This document shows, piece by piece, positions 24,307 through 37,880 of a stretch of DNA of 64,000 bases (the stretch's first letter is position 1; each line of letters opens with the position of its first letter). The notes beneath the pieces are model-generated. The model was not told where the DNA came from and did no database searches. It worked only from the letters and a program-made list of their open reading frames with translations. This stretch comes from Lama guanicoe. Taxonomy: Eukaryota. The stretch covers positions 1,057,775-1,121,774 of the forward strand of contig MU053994.1 of NCBI GenBank assembly GCA_013239625.1, written 5' to 3'. The position numbers and the translations under genes were made by a program.

Positions 24307-26730
24307 TATATTTTCTGACCATAGTGGAGTTTAAATAGGGATCAATAACAAAAAGACCTCTGGAAATTCCTCAAATATTTAAAAACTATACATAGTTCTA
24401 AATAACCTGTGGTTCAAAGAAAAAAGTGTTTTGAACATAAAGAAAATAAAAAGTCATCATATTAAAATTTATGGAAAACTGCAAAAGCAGTATTTAGTAG
24501 GACATTTAAAGCACTAAAAATTAGAAAATAATCACATTTCAATGTTAAATGAATGACTACAACTTCCACCTGAAGAAACTAGAGAAAGAGGAAATTAAAC
24601 CCAGAATAAGCAGAAGAAAGGACATAATAAAAAAAACAGTGGAAATCAATGAAAAAGAAAACAAAATAACAATAGACAAAATCATTTAAACCAATAGCTG
24701 GTTCTTTGAAAAGATCAATATAATTGATAAACCTACAGTGAGAATTATCAGGGAAAGGATAAACACAAATCACCATTATCAGAAATGAGTGGAGTGAAAC
24801 TAATACAAAGTCTTCAGATATTAAAGGTATAATCGTATATTATGAACTATTTTATATAAATACCTCTGAAAATTCAGATGGCTAAAAATTTCTTGAAAGG
24901 CAGAAAATACCAAACTTCACTCAAGAAGATAAGTTTAACAGGAATAGCCCTTCTATCTATCACAGACATTAAAATAATAGTTTAAAATATTCCCCCACAA
25001 AGACTCTCAACAAATTAGGTATAGAAGGAACATACCTCACCACAGTAAAGGCCCTGTGAGAAAAGCCCACAGCTAACATCATACTCAATGGTGGAAAACT
25101 GAAAGCTTTTCCTCTGAGACCTGGAGCAAGGCAAGGATGCCCACTCTTGCCACTACTATTCAGCATAGAACTAGAAGTCCTAGCCAGAGTAATTAGGCAA
25201 GAAAGAGAAATAAAAGGTATCCAAATCAGAAAGAAAAAAGTAAAAGCAGCTCTGTTTGTAGATGACATGATCTTATATGTAAGAAAACCCTAAAGACTTT
25301 GGAAAAAAAAAAAAAACACCTATTATAATTAATAAAAAATTCAGCAAAGTTGCAGGATACAAAACCAACATACAAAACAGTTGTTTCTATACACTAACAA
25401 TGAACTGTCCAAAAAGGAAATTTAAAAAAAAAATCCCATTTACAATAGCATAAAAAAAATACCTAGGAATACACTTAACCAAAGATATGAAAGACTTGTA
25501 CACTGAAAACTATAAAATGCTGATGAAATAAATTAAAGCAGACACACAGATAAATGGAAAAATATCCATGTTCTTGGATTGGAAGGACGAATATTGTTGA
25601 AATACCCATACTACCCAAAGTGATCTACAGATTTAATGCAATCTCTATCAACACCAATGATGTTCTTAGGGAAATAAAAAAACTATCCTAAAATTCATAT
25701 GGAAGCACAAAAAACCCCAAATAGCCAAAGCAATTTTGAGCAAGAAAGACAAAGCTGGAGGCATCAAACTTCCTGATTTCAAAATATATTACAAAGCTAC
25801 AGTAATCAAAACAGTATGATACTGACATAAAAAGAGACACAGACCAATGGAACAAAATAGAGAGCCAAGAAATAAACTCACATCCTTAGGATCAATTAAT
25901 ATTTGACAGAGATGCCAAGAATACACATTGGGGAAATGATAGTCTCTTTAATAAATGGATTCCTATCTTACACTTTACTTAAAAATCAAATTAAAAATGG
26001 ATTAAAGACTTACACATAAGACCTGAAACTATAAAACTCCTAGAAGAAAACATATGGAAAAAAGCTTCTTGACACTGGCCTAGGCAATGATTTCCTGGAT
26101 ATGATACCAATAGCACAGGCAACAAAAGCAGAAATAGACAATCGGGATTGCATTGAGCTAAAAAGCTTCTACACAGCAAAGGAAACAGTCAACAAAATGA
26201 AAAGGCAATCTATGAAATGGGAGAAGATATTTGCAAACCATAAATCTGATAAAAGGTTAATATCCAAAATACATAACGAACACCTACAACTCAAAAGCAA
26301 AAAAAAAAAAAATCAAATAACCTGATTTAAAAATTGACAAAGAAGTAGACATTTTTCCAATGAAGACATACACATGGCCAACAGGTATATGAAAAGGTGC
26401 TCAACATCACTAATCACCAGAGAAATGCAAATCAAAAGCACAATGAGATAATCTCACAGCTGTTAGGATGGCTATTATAAAAAGTTTTGGTAGGGGTGTG
26501 GAGAGAAGTGAACTCTCATACACTCTTGGAATCAACGTAAAGTGGTGCAGCCACTATGGAAAAAAGTACAAAGGTTCCTAAAAAATATAAAAATAGAACT
26601 ACCATATGATCCAGCAATCCTACTTCTGGGTATATGTCCAAAGGAATTGAACTCAGGATATCAAAGAGATATCTGCACTCTCATGTTCACTGCAGCATTA
26701 TTCACAATAGCCAGGATATGGAAACAACCT

Positions 26731-29700
26731 CAAGACTTCCTGAGCCACAGACACCTCTAGACATGCCCCTAGAAACGGCCCTGCCCACCAGAGTGCCAAG
26801 AACCAGCTCCATTCACCACTGGGCAGGCACTGGCCCCTCCCACCAGGAAACCTGCACTAGCCTCTAGACCAGCCTCACCCACCAGGTGGCAGACACCAGA
26901 AGCAAGAAAACTATGATCCCACAGCCTATGGAACAAGTTTCCAAACTCAGGCCAGACTACCCTGGGAGCAGCTGGCCCCTGGCCCTTGGGTAACAAGAGG
27001 GGAGTGCACTGCTAGAATGCATACAAAGTCTCCTACAAAGGGCCACTTCTCCAAAGTTGAGAAATGTAACTAACCTACCCCATACATAAAAATACAAATA
27101 GCAATTTAGACAAAATGAGGTGGTAGGGGAATATGTTTCAGACAAAGGAACAAGATAAAAATCCCAGAAGAACTAAGTGATGTGGAGACAGGCAATCTAC
27201 CTGAGAAAGAATTCAGAGTAATGATTGTAAAGATGATCAGAGAACTCAGGAGGACAATGGATGCACAGAGCGAGAAGTTAGAAGTTTTTAAAAAAGAGAA
27301 AATATAAAGAAAAACCAAACAGATGAAGAATACAATAACTGAAATGAAAAATACACTAGAAGGAACCAATAATAGGCTAAATGAAGCAGAAGAATGGATC
27401 ACTGAACTAGAAGACAGAGTAGTGAAAACTACTGCAGAACAAAGAATGAAAAGAAATGAGGGCAATTTAAGAGACCTCTGGGACAACATCAAGTGTACTA
27501 ATATTCTCATTATAAGGGTCCCAGAAGAAGAAGAGAGAAAGGGTCTGAGAAAATATTTCAAGAGATAATAGCTGAAAACTTCCCTAATCTGGGAAAGGAA
27601 ACAGTCACCCAAGTCTAGGAAGCACAGAGAGTTCTATACAAGATTAACCCTAAGAGGAACACACCTAGACATATTGTAATTAAAATGAAAAATTAAAGAT
27701 AGAGAATATTAAAAGTAACAAGGGAAAAGCAACAAATAACATACAAGGGAAATACCATAAGACTATCAGCTGCTTTTTCAGCAGAAACTTCAGGCCAGAA
27801 AGGAGCGGCACAATATATTTAAAGTGATGAAAGGGGAAAACCTACAATCAAGAATATTCTGCCCAGCAAAGCTCTCATACATCAAATGTGATGGAGGAAC
27901 CAAAAGCTTTACAAACAATGCTAAAGAATTCAGCACCACCAAACTAGCTTTACAACAAATGCTAAAGGAATTTCTCTAGGTGAAAAAGGCCACAACTAGA
28001 AACAAGAAAATTATGAAATAGAAAAGCTCACCAGTAAAGGCAAACATACAGCAAAGTCAGGAAGTCATCTACAAACTAGTAGGAAGGTTAAAAGACAAAA
28101 GTAGTAAAGTCATCTGTATCCACAATAAGCAGTTAAGGGACACACAGAACAATTACATATATAATATTGATGTCAAAAACAGTAATTGTGAGGGGAGGAG
28201 AGCTCAAATTCAGGGTATTTAAAATACATTTGAAATTAAAGTATCAGTGACTTGAAGCAATTTTATATATGTGTGTGTGTATGTGTATATAGATATATAG
28301 ACTGCTATACTGAAGCCTCATGGTAACCATAAACCAAAAATCAGTAATAGATATAAATACAAAAAAGAAAAATGAATCTAAACATAATACTAAAGACAGT
28401 GACCAAATCACAAGAGAACAAAAGATGAAATGGAAAAAAAAAGACCTACAAAAACAAATCCAAAATAATTAACAAAATGGCAATAAAAGCATATATTTCG
28501 ATAATTAAATGTGAAAGGACTAAATGCTCCAACCAAAAGACACAGCCCGGTGGAATGGATACAAAAACAAAATCCATCTATTTGCTGTCTACAAGAGACT
28601 CACTTCAGATAGACACACATACAGACAAAGTGAGGGGATGGAAAAAGGTATTCTATGCAAATGAAAATCAAAAGAATGCCATAGCAATACTTATATTAGA
28701 CAAAATAGACTTTGAAATAAAGATTGCTACAAGAGACAAAGAAGGACACTACCTAATAACCAAGGGATCAATCCAAGAAGATCTAATTGTAACTAAATAT
28801 ACACCCAGTATAGGAGCACCTCAATATAGAAGGTAAACGTTTACAGAAATAAAAGGAGAAATCGACAGTAATAGTGCGGGACTTGTAACACCCCACTTAC
28901 ATCAATGGAAGATCACCCAGACAGAAAATCAACACAGGCCTTAAATGACACAGGTGACCAGATAGATGTAATTGGTATTTATAGAGCATTCCACCCAAAA
29001 GCAGCAGAATATACATTCTTTCCAAGTGCACATGGAACATTCTCCAGGATAGATATATGCTGGTCCACAGAGCACGCCTGGGTAAATTTAAGAAAACTGA
29101 AATCACATCAAGCATCTTTCCCAACCACAACACTATGAGATGAGAAATCAACAACAAGAAAAAAACTGCAAAAAAACACAAACACGTGGAGGTTATGCAA
29201 TATGCTACTAAACCAAGGGATCATGGAAGAACATTTTAAAAAATTAAAAATACCTAGGGAGGAGGGTATAGCTCTGAGAGAGTGCATGCTAAGCATGCAC
29301 AAGGTCCTGGGTTCAATCCCCAGTACCTCCATTTAAAAAAGTATGTAAACAAATAAACCTAATTAACCTCCCCCCCACCAAAAAAAAAAAAAACCTAGAG
29401 ACAAATCAAAATGAAAACATGACAATGGGATGAAGCAAAAGCAGTTCTAAGAGGGAAGTTTACAGTGATAGAAGCTAACCTCAGGAAACAAGAAAAATCT
29501 CTAATAAACAACCTAACCTTACACCTAAAGCAACTAGAGAAAAAACAAAACCCAAAGTTAGCAGAAGGAAAGAAATCATAAAGATCAGAGCAGAAATAAA
29601 TGAAAGAAACAAAAAAACCCCAAACAGAAAAGATCAATGAAACTAAAAGATGGTCCTCTGAAAAGATAAACGAAATTGATAAACCTTTAGTCAGACTCAT

Positions 29701-32700
29701 CAAGAAGAAAAGGGAGAGGGCCCAAATCAATAAAATCAGAAATCACAGTGGAGGAGTTACAGTTGGCACCATAGAAATAAAAAGAATCATAAGAGGCTAC
29801 TACAAGCAATAATACACCAATAAAATGGACAACCTAGAAGAAATGGACAGATTCTTAGAAAAGTACAATCTCCCAAGACTGAATCAGGAAGAAATAGAAA
29901 ATATGAATAGACCAATTACCAGTACTGAAATTGAGTCAGTAATTTAAAAACTCTCAACAAACCAAAGTCCAGGACCAGATGGCTTCACAGGTGAATTCTA
30001 CCAAACATTTAGAGAAGAGTTAACGCCTATCCTCCTTAAACTAGTCCAAAAAATTGCAGAGGAAGGAACACTTCCAAACTCATTCTATGAGGCTAGCATC
30101 ACCCCAATATCAAAACCAGACAAAGATATCACAAAAAAATAAAAAATAACTGATGAGCACAGATGCAAAAATCCTCAACAAAATACTAGCAAACAGACTC
30201 CAACAATACATTAAAAGGATCATACATCATGATCAAGTGGAATTTATTCCAGAGATGCAAGGATTTTTCAATATTGGCTAGTCAATCAATGTGAGACACC
30301 ACATTAACAAACTGAAGAATAAAAACCATATATCATCTCAATAGATGCAGAAAAAGCTTTTGATAAAATTCAATTTAATTGATAAAAATAATTTATGATA
30401 AAAACTCTTCATAAAGTGGGCATAGAGGGAACATACCTCAATAAAATAAAGGCCATATATGACAAACCCACAGCTAACATCATACTCAGTGGTGAAAAGC
30501 TGAAAGCATTTCCTCTAAGATCAGGAACAAGACAAGGATATCCATTCTCATCACTTTCATTCAACATAGTTTTGAAAGTCCTAGCCACAGCAACCAGAGG
30601 AGAAAAATAAAGAAAAGGAATTCAAATTGGAAAAGAAGAATCACTGTTTGCAGATGACATGGTACTGTGCATAGAAAAATCCTAAAGATGCTACCAGAAA
30701 ACTACTAGAGCTCATCAATTCTAGTAAAGTTGCAGGATACAAAATTAGTATAGAGAAATCTGTTGTATTTCTATACACTAACAACATAATATCAGAAAAA
30801 AATTAATCCCATTTACCATCACATCAAAAAGAATAAAATACCTGTGAATTAAACCTACCTAAGGTGGCAAAAGAGCTATACTTTGAAAACTGTAAGATGC
30901 TGTTGAAGAAAATTCAAGATGACACAAACAGATGGAAAAATATACTGTGTTCTTGAATTGGAAGAATCAATATTGTTAAAATGGCCATACTACCCAAGGC
31001 ATTATACAGATTCTATGAAATCCCTATTAAATTACCAACTGTATTTTCCACAGAACTGGAACAGAAATTTTAAAATTTGTGTGGAAACACAAAAGACCCT
31101 GAATAGCCAAAACAATCCTGAGAAAGAAGATTGGAGCTACAGGAATCACACCTCGTGATTTCAGACTATATTACAAAGCTACAGTAATCAAAACAGTATG
31201 GTACTGGCATGAAAAACAGCCACATAGATCAATGGAACAGGACAGAAAGCCCAGAAATAAACATATGCATTTATGGTCAATTAATCTATAACAAAGGAGA
31301 TAAGAATATACAGTGGAGAAAAGATAGTCTCTTCAATAAGCAATAAGTCTCTTCAATAATTGGGAAAACTGGACAGTTACATGTAAAAGAATGAAATTAA
31401 AACATTCTCTAACACTATATTCAAAAATAGACTCAAAATGGATTAAAGACCTAAATGTAAGACCAGATACTCTAAAACTCCTAGAGGAAACATAGGCAGA
31501 ACACTCTTTAACATAAACTGCAGCAATATTTTTTATTTGTCTCCTAGAGTAATGGAAATAAAAGCAAAAATAAGCAAATGGGACCTAATTAAACTTAAAA
31601 GCTTTTGCACAGCAAAGGAAACCATAAACAAAAATGAAAAGACAACCTACAGAATGGGAGAAAATATTTACAAATGATGTAACTGATAGATTAATTTCCC
31701 AAATATAAAAACAGCTCATACAGCTTAATATCAAAAAACAATCAAAAAATGGGCAGAAGACCTAAACAGACATTGCTCCAAAGAAGGCATACAACCAACA
31801 AGCACATGAAAAGATGCTCAATATCACTAATTGTTAGAGAAATGCCAATGAAAACTTCAGTGAGGTATCACCTCACACCAGTCAGAATGGCCATCATTAA
31901 AAAGTCTACAAATAATGTTGGAGAGGATATGGAGAAAAGGGAACCCTGCTACACTGTTCATGGGAATGTAAATTGGTGCAGCCATTATGGAAAACAGTAT
32001 AGAGGTTCCTTAGAAACTAGGAATAGACTTAACAATATGATCCAACAGTCCTAGTTCCGGGCATATATCCAGAGAAACTCTAACCCAAAAAGATCCATGC
32101 ACCCCAATGTTCAAAGCAGCACTATGGCTGCTTGGCTATGTACAATAGCCAAGACATGGCAGCAACCTAAATGTCCACTGACAGATGAATGGATAAAGAA
32201 GTTGTGGTATACATATACAATGGAATACTACTTAGTCGTTAAAAAGAATGAGCTAGTACTATTTGCAGCAACATGGATGGATCTAGATTATCATACTAAG
32301 TGAAGTCAGTCAGACAGAGAAAGACAAATACCGTATGATATCACTTATATGTGGAATCTAAAAAAAATGATAGAAATGAACTTATCTACAAACCAGAAAC
32401 AGATTCACATTGAAAACAAACTATGGTTACTAAAGGAGAAGAGAATGATGGGGAGGCACAATTAACAGTTTGGGATTAACAGAAACACACTACATATAAA
32501 ATAAACAACAAGGACCTACTGTATAGCACAGGGAACTATATTCATTATCTTGTAATAATGTATAATGGAAAATGTATACATATGTGTGTGTACATATATA
32601 TGTGTGTATATATATAAATATATAAAAAACACTGAATCACTATGCTGTACACCTGAAATTAAGACAACATAGTTTATCAACTATACTTCAATTTAAAAAA

Positions 32701-32706
32701 AAAAAA
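26731..32706 (+). mobile_element. Near-full-length artiodactyl-type L1 (partial 5' UTR, ORF1 ~27115-27979, ORF2 ~28477-32360, 3' UTR, poly-A); inactive
   Basis: ORF1p MKNTLEGTNNRLNEAEEWITELEDR…LRDLWDNIK; ORF2p [20 protein letters not shown], tttgcagatgacatg, KCPLTDEWIKK. Many stops and frameshifts. A-tail at 32695-32706. Confidence 0.95.
29258..29390 (+). mobile_element. tRNA-derived SINE (camelid Vic-1-like) inside L1 ORF2
   Basis: ggagggtatagctc…gcatgcacaaggtcctgggttcaatccccagtacctcc…aaataaacctaatta, A-tail, flanked by aaaa(t/a)acctag. Confidence 0.9.
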
Positions 32707-33929
32707 GGAAATCCTGCCTTTTGCAACAACATGGATGAACCTAGAATCAATATTGACATTATGCTAAGTGAAATAAGCCAGACACAGACAAATACTACAT
32801 GATACCACTGATACTATGAATTTAAAATAGTCAAACTCACAGAAGCATATTGTAGAACGGTAGTTGCCAGGGGCTGCGGGAAGAGGGAATAGGGAAGTAT
32901 TAGTCAAAGGATTAAAAGTTTCAGTTATGTGAGATGAAGTATTTTTGAAAACTGAAGAAAAAGGGGTGGGGGAAAATTCTCAAATCATTCTATAAGGACA
33001 GCATTATTCTTATACCAAAACCTGAAAAAGACATTAAAGAAAACTACAGACCAATACCCCAATGAACATGGATTAAAAAAATTCTAAACAAAATTGCAAC
33101 AAATCAAATCCAACAATATATAAAAACAATAATGTTTTAATACAGAGGGTTTATCACAAGAATTGTCCCTTCTCTTCTACTCTGATCTGAAAGTTCTAGC
33201 CAGGATAATCACACAAGAAATAAAATGCATCTACAACATGGAGGACTCTCAGTCATTATGCTGAGTGAAAGAAACCAGTCAGAGAAGATCATATTGTATG
33301 CTTCTATTTGTATGAATATAAATAATAAGCATATTTATAGAGACAAAGTAGATTAGTGGTTGCCTATGGGTAGACAGGTAGGGGCATGGATGATGGGGAA
33401 AAATGGGGAGTGTTAAAGGATCCAGGGTTTCTTTCTGAGACAATGAAAATGTTCTACAGTTGATTATGGTGATGGTTACACACCTCTGGATGTACTAAAA
33501 TCACTGAATTTTACACTTAAAATAGGCGAATTATATGCTAAGTGAATTAAATCTAAAAAAAGCTGTTACAGAAGTTTGTCAATTATTGTTTATTATTTTT
33601 AAAAGGTATGGTTTGTGTCACTGAATTCTTCTGAGTTTTCCTCTCAGTGTGGTTGATTGAAAAAATGGAATCCTTGTGCAGGTTAGCAATTCTGTCTGCA
33701 TTGCATTGTGTCATTTTCTTAAGTTAATTCAGGTTGTAACATTATACAAAGGGTGTTTGAATTTCTTGAATTCTTAGCACATCTGCTTGCTAAATAGTCA
33801 TTTCTATTTGACTGAATACTCATTTCTGTGTATGTTAGTATTTTAAAATTTTGTTTCCATAGATAATCGTGTGCTTTTCCTGGCTATGAGATTGCAAGCT
33901 TATGTCATTCAAGGAAGGGAGTATCTTTG

Positions 33930-34548
33930 TTTTTAAACTTTTGATGTGTAAGAGGCAAACAGAAATTACTCATAAACATGTATTTCACGAATTTTCACAA
34001 GCTACACACACTCGTATCACTAGCACCAAGATCAAGATATAGAACATTACCAGCTTCCCAGAAATGCTCTTGTGTTCAAAAGGGAATTTTTTTTTTTACT
34101 GACTGTGGTAAAAAAAACAAAAAAACAAAAAAACACCAAACATAAAAATTATCATCTTAACTATTAAGTGCACAGTTCAGTGGTGCTAAGTATGTTCACA
34201 CTGTAGTGCAATTAATTAATCTCCAGAAATTTTTCATCTTGCAAATCCGAAATGCTATACCCATTAAACAACTCTCCATTTCTCACTTCCCCTATCCCCT
34301 GATAACCACCACTCTACTTTCTGTTGCTATAAATTTGATTAGTTTAGATACTTCATATAACTGGAATCATACAGTATTTTTCTTTTTGTGACTGTCTTAT
34401 TTCACTTAGCATAATGTCCTCAAGGTTCATCCATGTTGTAGCATGTGAGTGGATTTCCTTCCCTTTTTAAGGCTAATAATAAATATTCCATTGTGTGGAC
34501 AGACCATATTTTGTCTATCCATTCAGCTGATGGACATTTGGGTTGCAA
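33930..34548 (-). mobile_element. L1 3' ends (L1ME-like fragment and L1MB-type at 34086-34548)
   Basis: aagtgcacagttcagtgg…ttcatcttgcaaa…ttatttcacttagcataatgtcctcaaggttcatccatgttgtagcatg. Confidence 0.8.
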
Positions 34549-34579
34549 ATATGAGAATGCTTTTTAATACTAAAAATAT

Positions 34580-34808
34580 CTAACATTGATAATATTAATA
34601 TCAGGAACTATTCTAAAGGCTTTATCCCATTTAATTTTCACAACAATAATATGAATTAGGAAGCACTCTCATTGTCCCCATTTTACAGATTAATAAACTG
34701 AGCAATAAGAAGGTTAAGCAATTTTCCTGAGGACACAGCAGTGGAGTTGGGATTCTCACTGAATCAGACTGGCACCAGTGCCCCATGCTTAACCACCATA
34801 CTATGCTG
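34580..34808 (-). mobile_element. MIR SINE
   Basis: ccccattttacagat…aaactgag…aggttaagcaattt…cttaaccaccatact. Confidence 0.8.
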
Positions 34809-34842
34809 TCTCTTTTTTTGGGGGGGGGTATCTATATATATA

Positions 34843-35036
34843 TTTTTTTATTGATATACAGTCAGTTTACAATGTTGTGCCAATTTCTGGTGTGCAACAT
34901 AATGCTTCAGCTATACATGAACATACATATATTCATTTTCGTATTCTTTTACACCATAAGTTACAAGATACTGAATACAGTTCCCTGTGCTACACAGTAT
35001 AAATTAGTTGTTCATTTTATATTTATTAGTTAGTAT
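34843..35036 (-). mobile_element. Camelid-type L1 3' end
   Basis: ttttattgatatacagtcagtttacaatgttgtg…acaagatactgaatacagttccctgtgcta. Confidence 0.85.
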
Positions 35037-36557
35037 TTTCAATAATGATACTATAAAGTATCTCTTAGGAAGTTTTGCCCACGTGTGTGCTCATAAAATG
35101 TTCAGGTCTCCCAATTACAGACCCTCTTAATTAAAAACATGAGTATTCCCTCTTGGAGTCTCAAATTTCTTTTCAATTTTGACTCATTTACTTTAATAAG
35201 ATAAAGCATATTTATTAAGCACTCGACCTTCTAAAGCTTCTTTTCTTGTTCTGACCAAGCGTTTCAGATATGTCATACATTGAAAAGAAGTAATCAAAAT
35301 TAGCTTCATGTACTCAATTCTATAAAAAGTTATTAGCAATTAATACAGAATGAAGGGGGTGGGGAGTAATTAGCCCTCTTGCCCTGAAAATTAATGGGTC
35401 CTTTTCATTATGCTCCTAAGGAGTATTTTACCCAATAACATTCCACTTCTGATTAATGTAAAATGAAAACTACATTATTTGAGAATGCTGGCTACAAAAC
35501 AATTACAAACCACAAATCTCACAAAGATTAACAGGGAAGAAAGATCAAGCAGAACAACGAACTATTAATAATTCTAGGCAGGATGAAGTTATAAAATCAA
35601 TGTGTCAACCATTCTACCAGAATCAAGAAGCCACATTTATCGAGGGCATGGCCAGGCTTACAAAAGTAAGAGTTAATACAGTTCTCTACAGCTTAAATTA
35701 GGCTTTCAGGAGTGGGTAATGACTGGATAGTAACCAAAAAAGTAAAATATACTCGAATTCTAATTTCAAAAATGCAAGTGTCTATACACAAAGATACACT
35801 TTTCTTAATTTCTAGGCAAAATCATCTTCCCTTTTCTTACAGAGACCAAAAACTGTTCAAGGTTAAGAGTTTTAGCAACTCCAAGTGAATCAGTAGAGGG
35901 CAGAAGCCGACAGAGCTGACCAACAGATTACCTTTCACACTTGGAGTGATTGAGAGACTGCAGATAATTGCCTCCTATTTAAGTTGAATTTGAAGCTTTA
36001 TCATTTTTCCTTACTAACCACCAAAAACCAAGATAAAATGGCCTGATACTTGAGTCATCAAATACTGCCCCAGAAGCCATGACAACAGCTCCACGAATAC
36101 AAGGCAATACTGTTTTGTTTTCTGTTCCTCTCCAACTCCAGTTTTACAGTCCTCTTTATCCTGACAGCACTCGGTTTATTCTGGCTTATGCTTGTGGTTT
36201 ACCCCTCATTACTTGGCAACTTGTGGCCTCAGCCCAGAAGCAATATCCAGGCAAATCTGATTATATAAGCAGCCCATTGCCACACACACTTAACCTATAT
36301 ACCACAGTAGTTTCATAACAGGCACAGAGTTCATGTCTCCCACTCTGTGATGCTGTATTGAAGCTCAGCCGGGAAAAGTTGCAAAGGGAACAAAGAAACA
36401 AGTACTAAATATACATGATCGATCACAGCATTGACGCCAATTCTGACACCTTTATCCCACATAAACCCACACACGTTCTACACAGCTGTAAAAGCTGGTA
36501 CCTGAAGAAGTTTCCTCTGTCACTGCAATTGTCTATATGCTGAGGAGCAATAAACAC

Positions 36558-37880
36558 TTTTTTCATTCAGCAAACTGGGCGCTTAGTATGTGTCAGACTG
36601 AAGATACATAAAATATGAACCCTGTCCTCATGGAGCTCACAATCAAGTGGGAAGCCAGATACAGAAAAGGAAAAGTAGCATAAATAAATAGAATACTGTG
36701 TTCTATATGAAATCAATGATTTGGATGGGGTATTGCTTAGGTTGGAGTGGGGGACTGAAATGGGAGGGATCAGATACAAATATTTCGCTTCCTGGAGAAG
36801 GGCACCCTGAGTCCAGTTGTAAAGGATGAGCAGAGCTGGCCAGCTCAAGAGAAAGTGGAACAGCAGTGAAGCCAAGGCAGGTATTTGGAGAAAGAGACAA
36901 GGTAATAAGATGGGTGTGGTGGCAGGTGGGTGGGCAGGTACGGTAAACAGTTCCATGTTGATGCTGTGTTCAGTGGCAGTTGTTCGAGACAAAGCAGGAG
37001 GAATAGCAGCCAGGAACAGAGCCCTGTGGGCCTTATACAACAGGTTGAGAACTGGGGACCTCGCAGTGTAGGCAACAAAGAGCTGGGGAACTGTTTTGAA
37101 CAGGGGAAACTGACCATTCCGGGAGAAATTGAGAAGCATGAGATTAAAGTCAGACTGGCTAAGAAGAGGCTATAATATCCAGAGGTGATATCAGCAGGCC
37201 TTGGCTAAAGCACTGACAGTTGGGGTGGAAAAGGGTTACATTTGGGGGTTCAAGTTGGCAGGGTTTGGTATCTGAGGAGGAATCAAGGATGGCTCTTGGG
37301 TTTCCAGCTTGGACAACTAGGAGGGCAGTGGGGCTACCAGCAGAGAGAGAACACAGGAACAGGAGCAGGGTTGAGGAACAGCAATGGTTCTGGCTTTCGA
37401 CAGGCTGAGCTGGACGTACCTCAGAGATATCCAAGTACGGGTGACTGACTGGCATGTAAGTACCAGCCAGGGAGAGGAAGTTTAACTCCAGAGGATGGTT
37501 AGGCTTCACTCTTGTCACTGGTGGAAGAAAATATGGAGTGGATGAAATTTCTCCAGGGGATGAGGAGAGCAGAAGAGCAAGACCCGAGCAATTCGGGGAA
37601 CCCCAAGGTTGAAGGAATACACGGAGGACGTGGGTCCCCAGGCTGGAGCAGAGAAGGAATGGTCAGAAACAAGCATCCTGGGGTAGAAAGTTCTGACAAG
37701 GCCCTCAGGTTACAGGTCAGAAGCATCCAAGGTCTTACTCGTAACATGCAGTTAGTAAATATCTGAATGTGTAGCACTGTGCTGGACCCCGTGCGGGAGG
37801 GGCCGCTGAAATCGACCGCAGGACCCTTGATCACAAGAGCCTTATCACCTAGTTAGGGAAACAAAACTCACTCATAAGAG
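36558..37880 (-). mobile_element. Decayed L2 fragments
   Basis: ttcattcagcaaa…ctgtcctcatggagctcacaatc and gaggaatcaaggatggctct…gggtttccagcttggacaact are L2 motifs. Confidence 0.65.

Larger units (their letters stand above)
25001..32940 (+). mobile_element. L1MA-type element (RT to 3' UTR), split by a younger L1; own sequence at 25001-26730 and 32707-32940
   Basis: gcaaggcaaggatgcccactc (RQGCPL), tttgtagatgacatg (FxDDM), VQPLWKK…IELPYDPAI…MFTAALFTIARIWKQP; resumes at ggaaatcctgcc (32707). Confidence 0.85.
21690..33570 (+). mobile_element. Old near-full-span L1 (L1MB/MC/MD-age), host of nested insertions; own sequence at ~21690-22600, 22980-25000 and 32940-33570
   Basis: ORF1-like DNA at 22360-23170, ORF2 EN start atatcaataatagtattaaatgtaagtggactaaa (~23630), RT-proximal DNA resuming at ~32975, and 3' UTR ending aaagctgtt (~33568). 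Confidence 0.75.

Noticed and set aside
27905..27972. Direct repeat agctttaca…aatgctaaag
   Set aside because: Resembles the native self-similarity at the end of L1 ORF1.
27115..32360. Potentially active L1 ORF1/ORF2
   Set aside because: Numerous stops and frameshifts plus a SINE insertion in ORF2.
36567..37139. 190-aa minus-strand ORF
   Set aside because: Falls in decayed L2 sequence; no domain or splice support.
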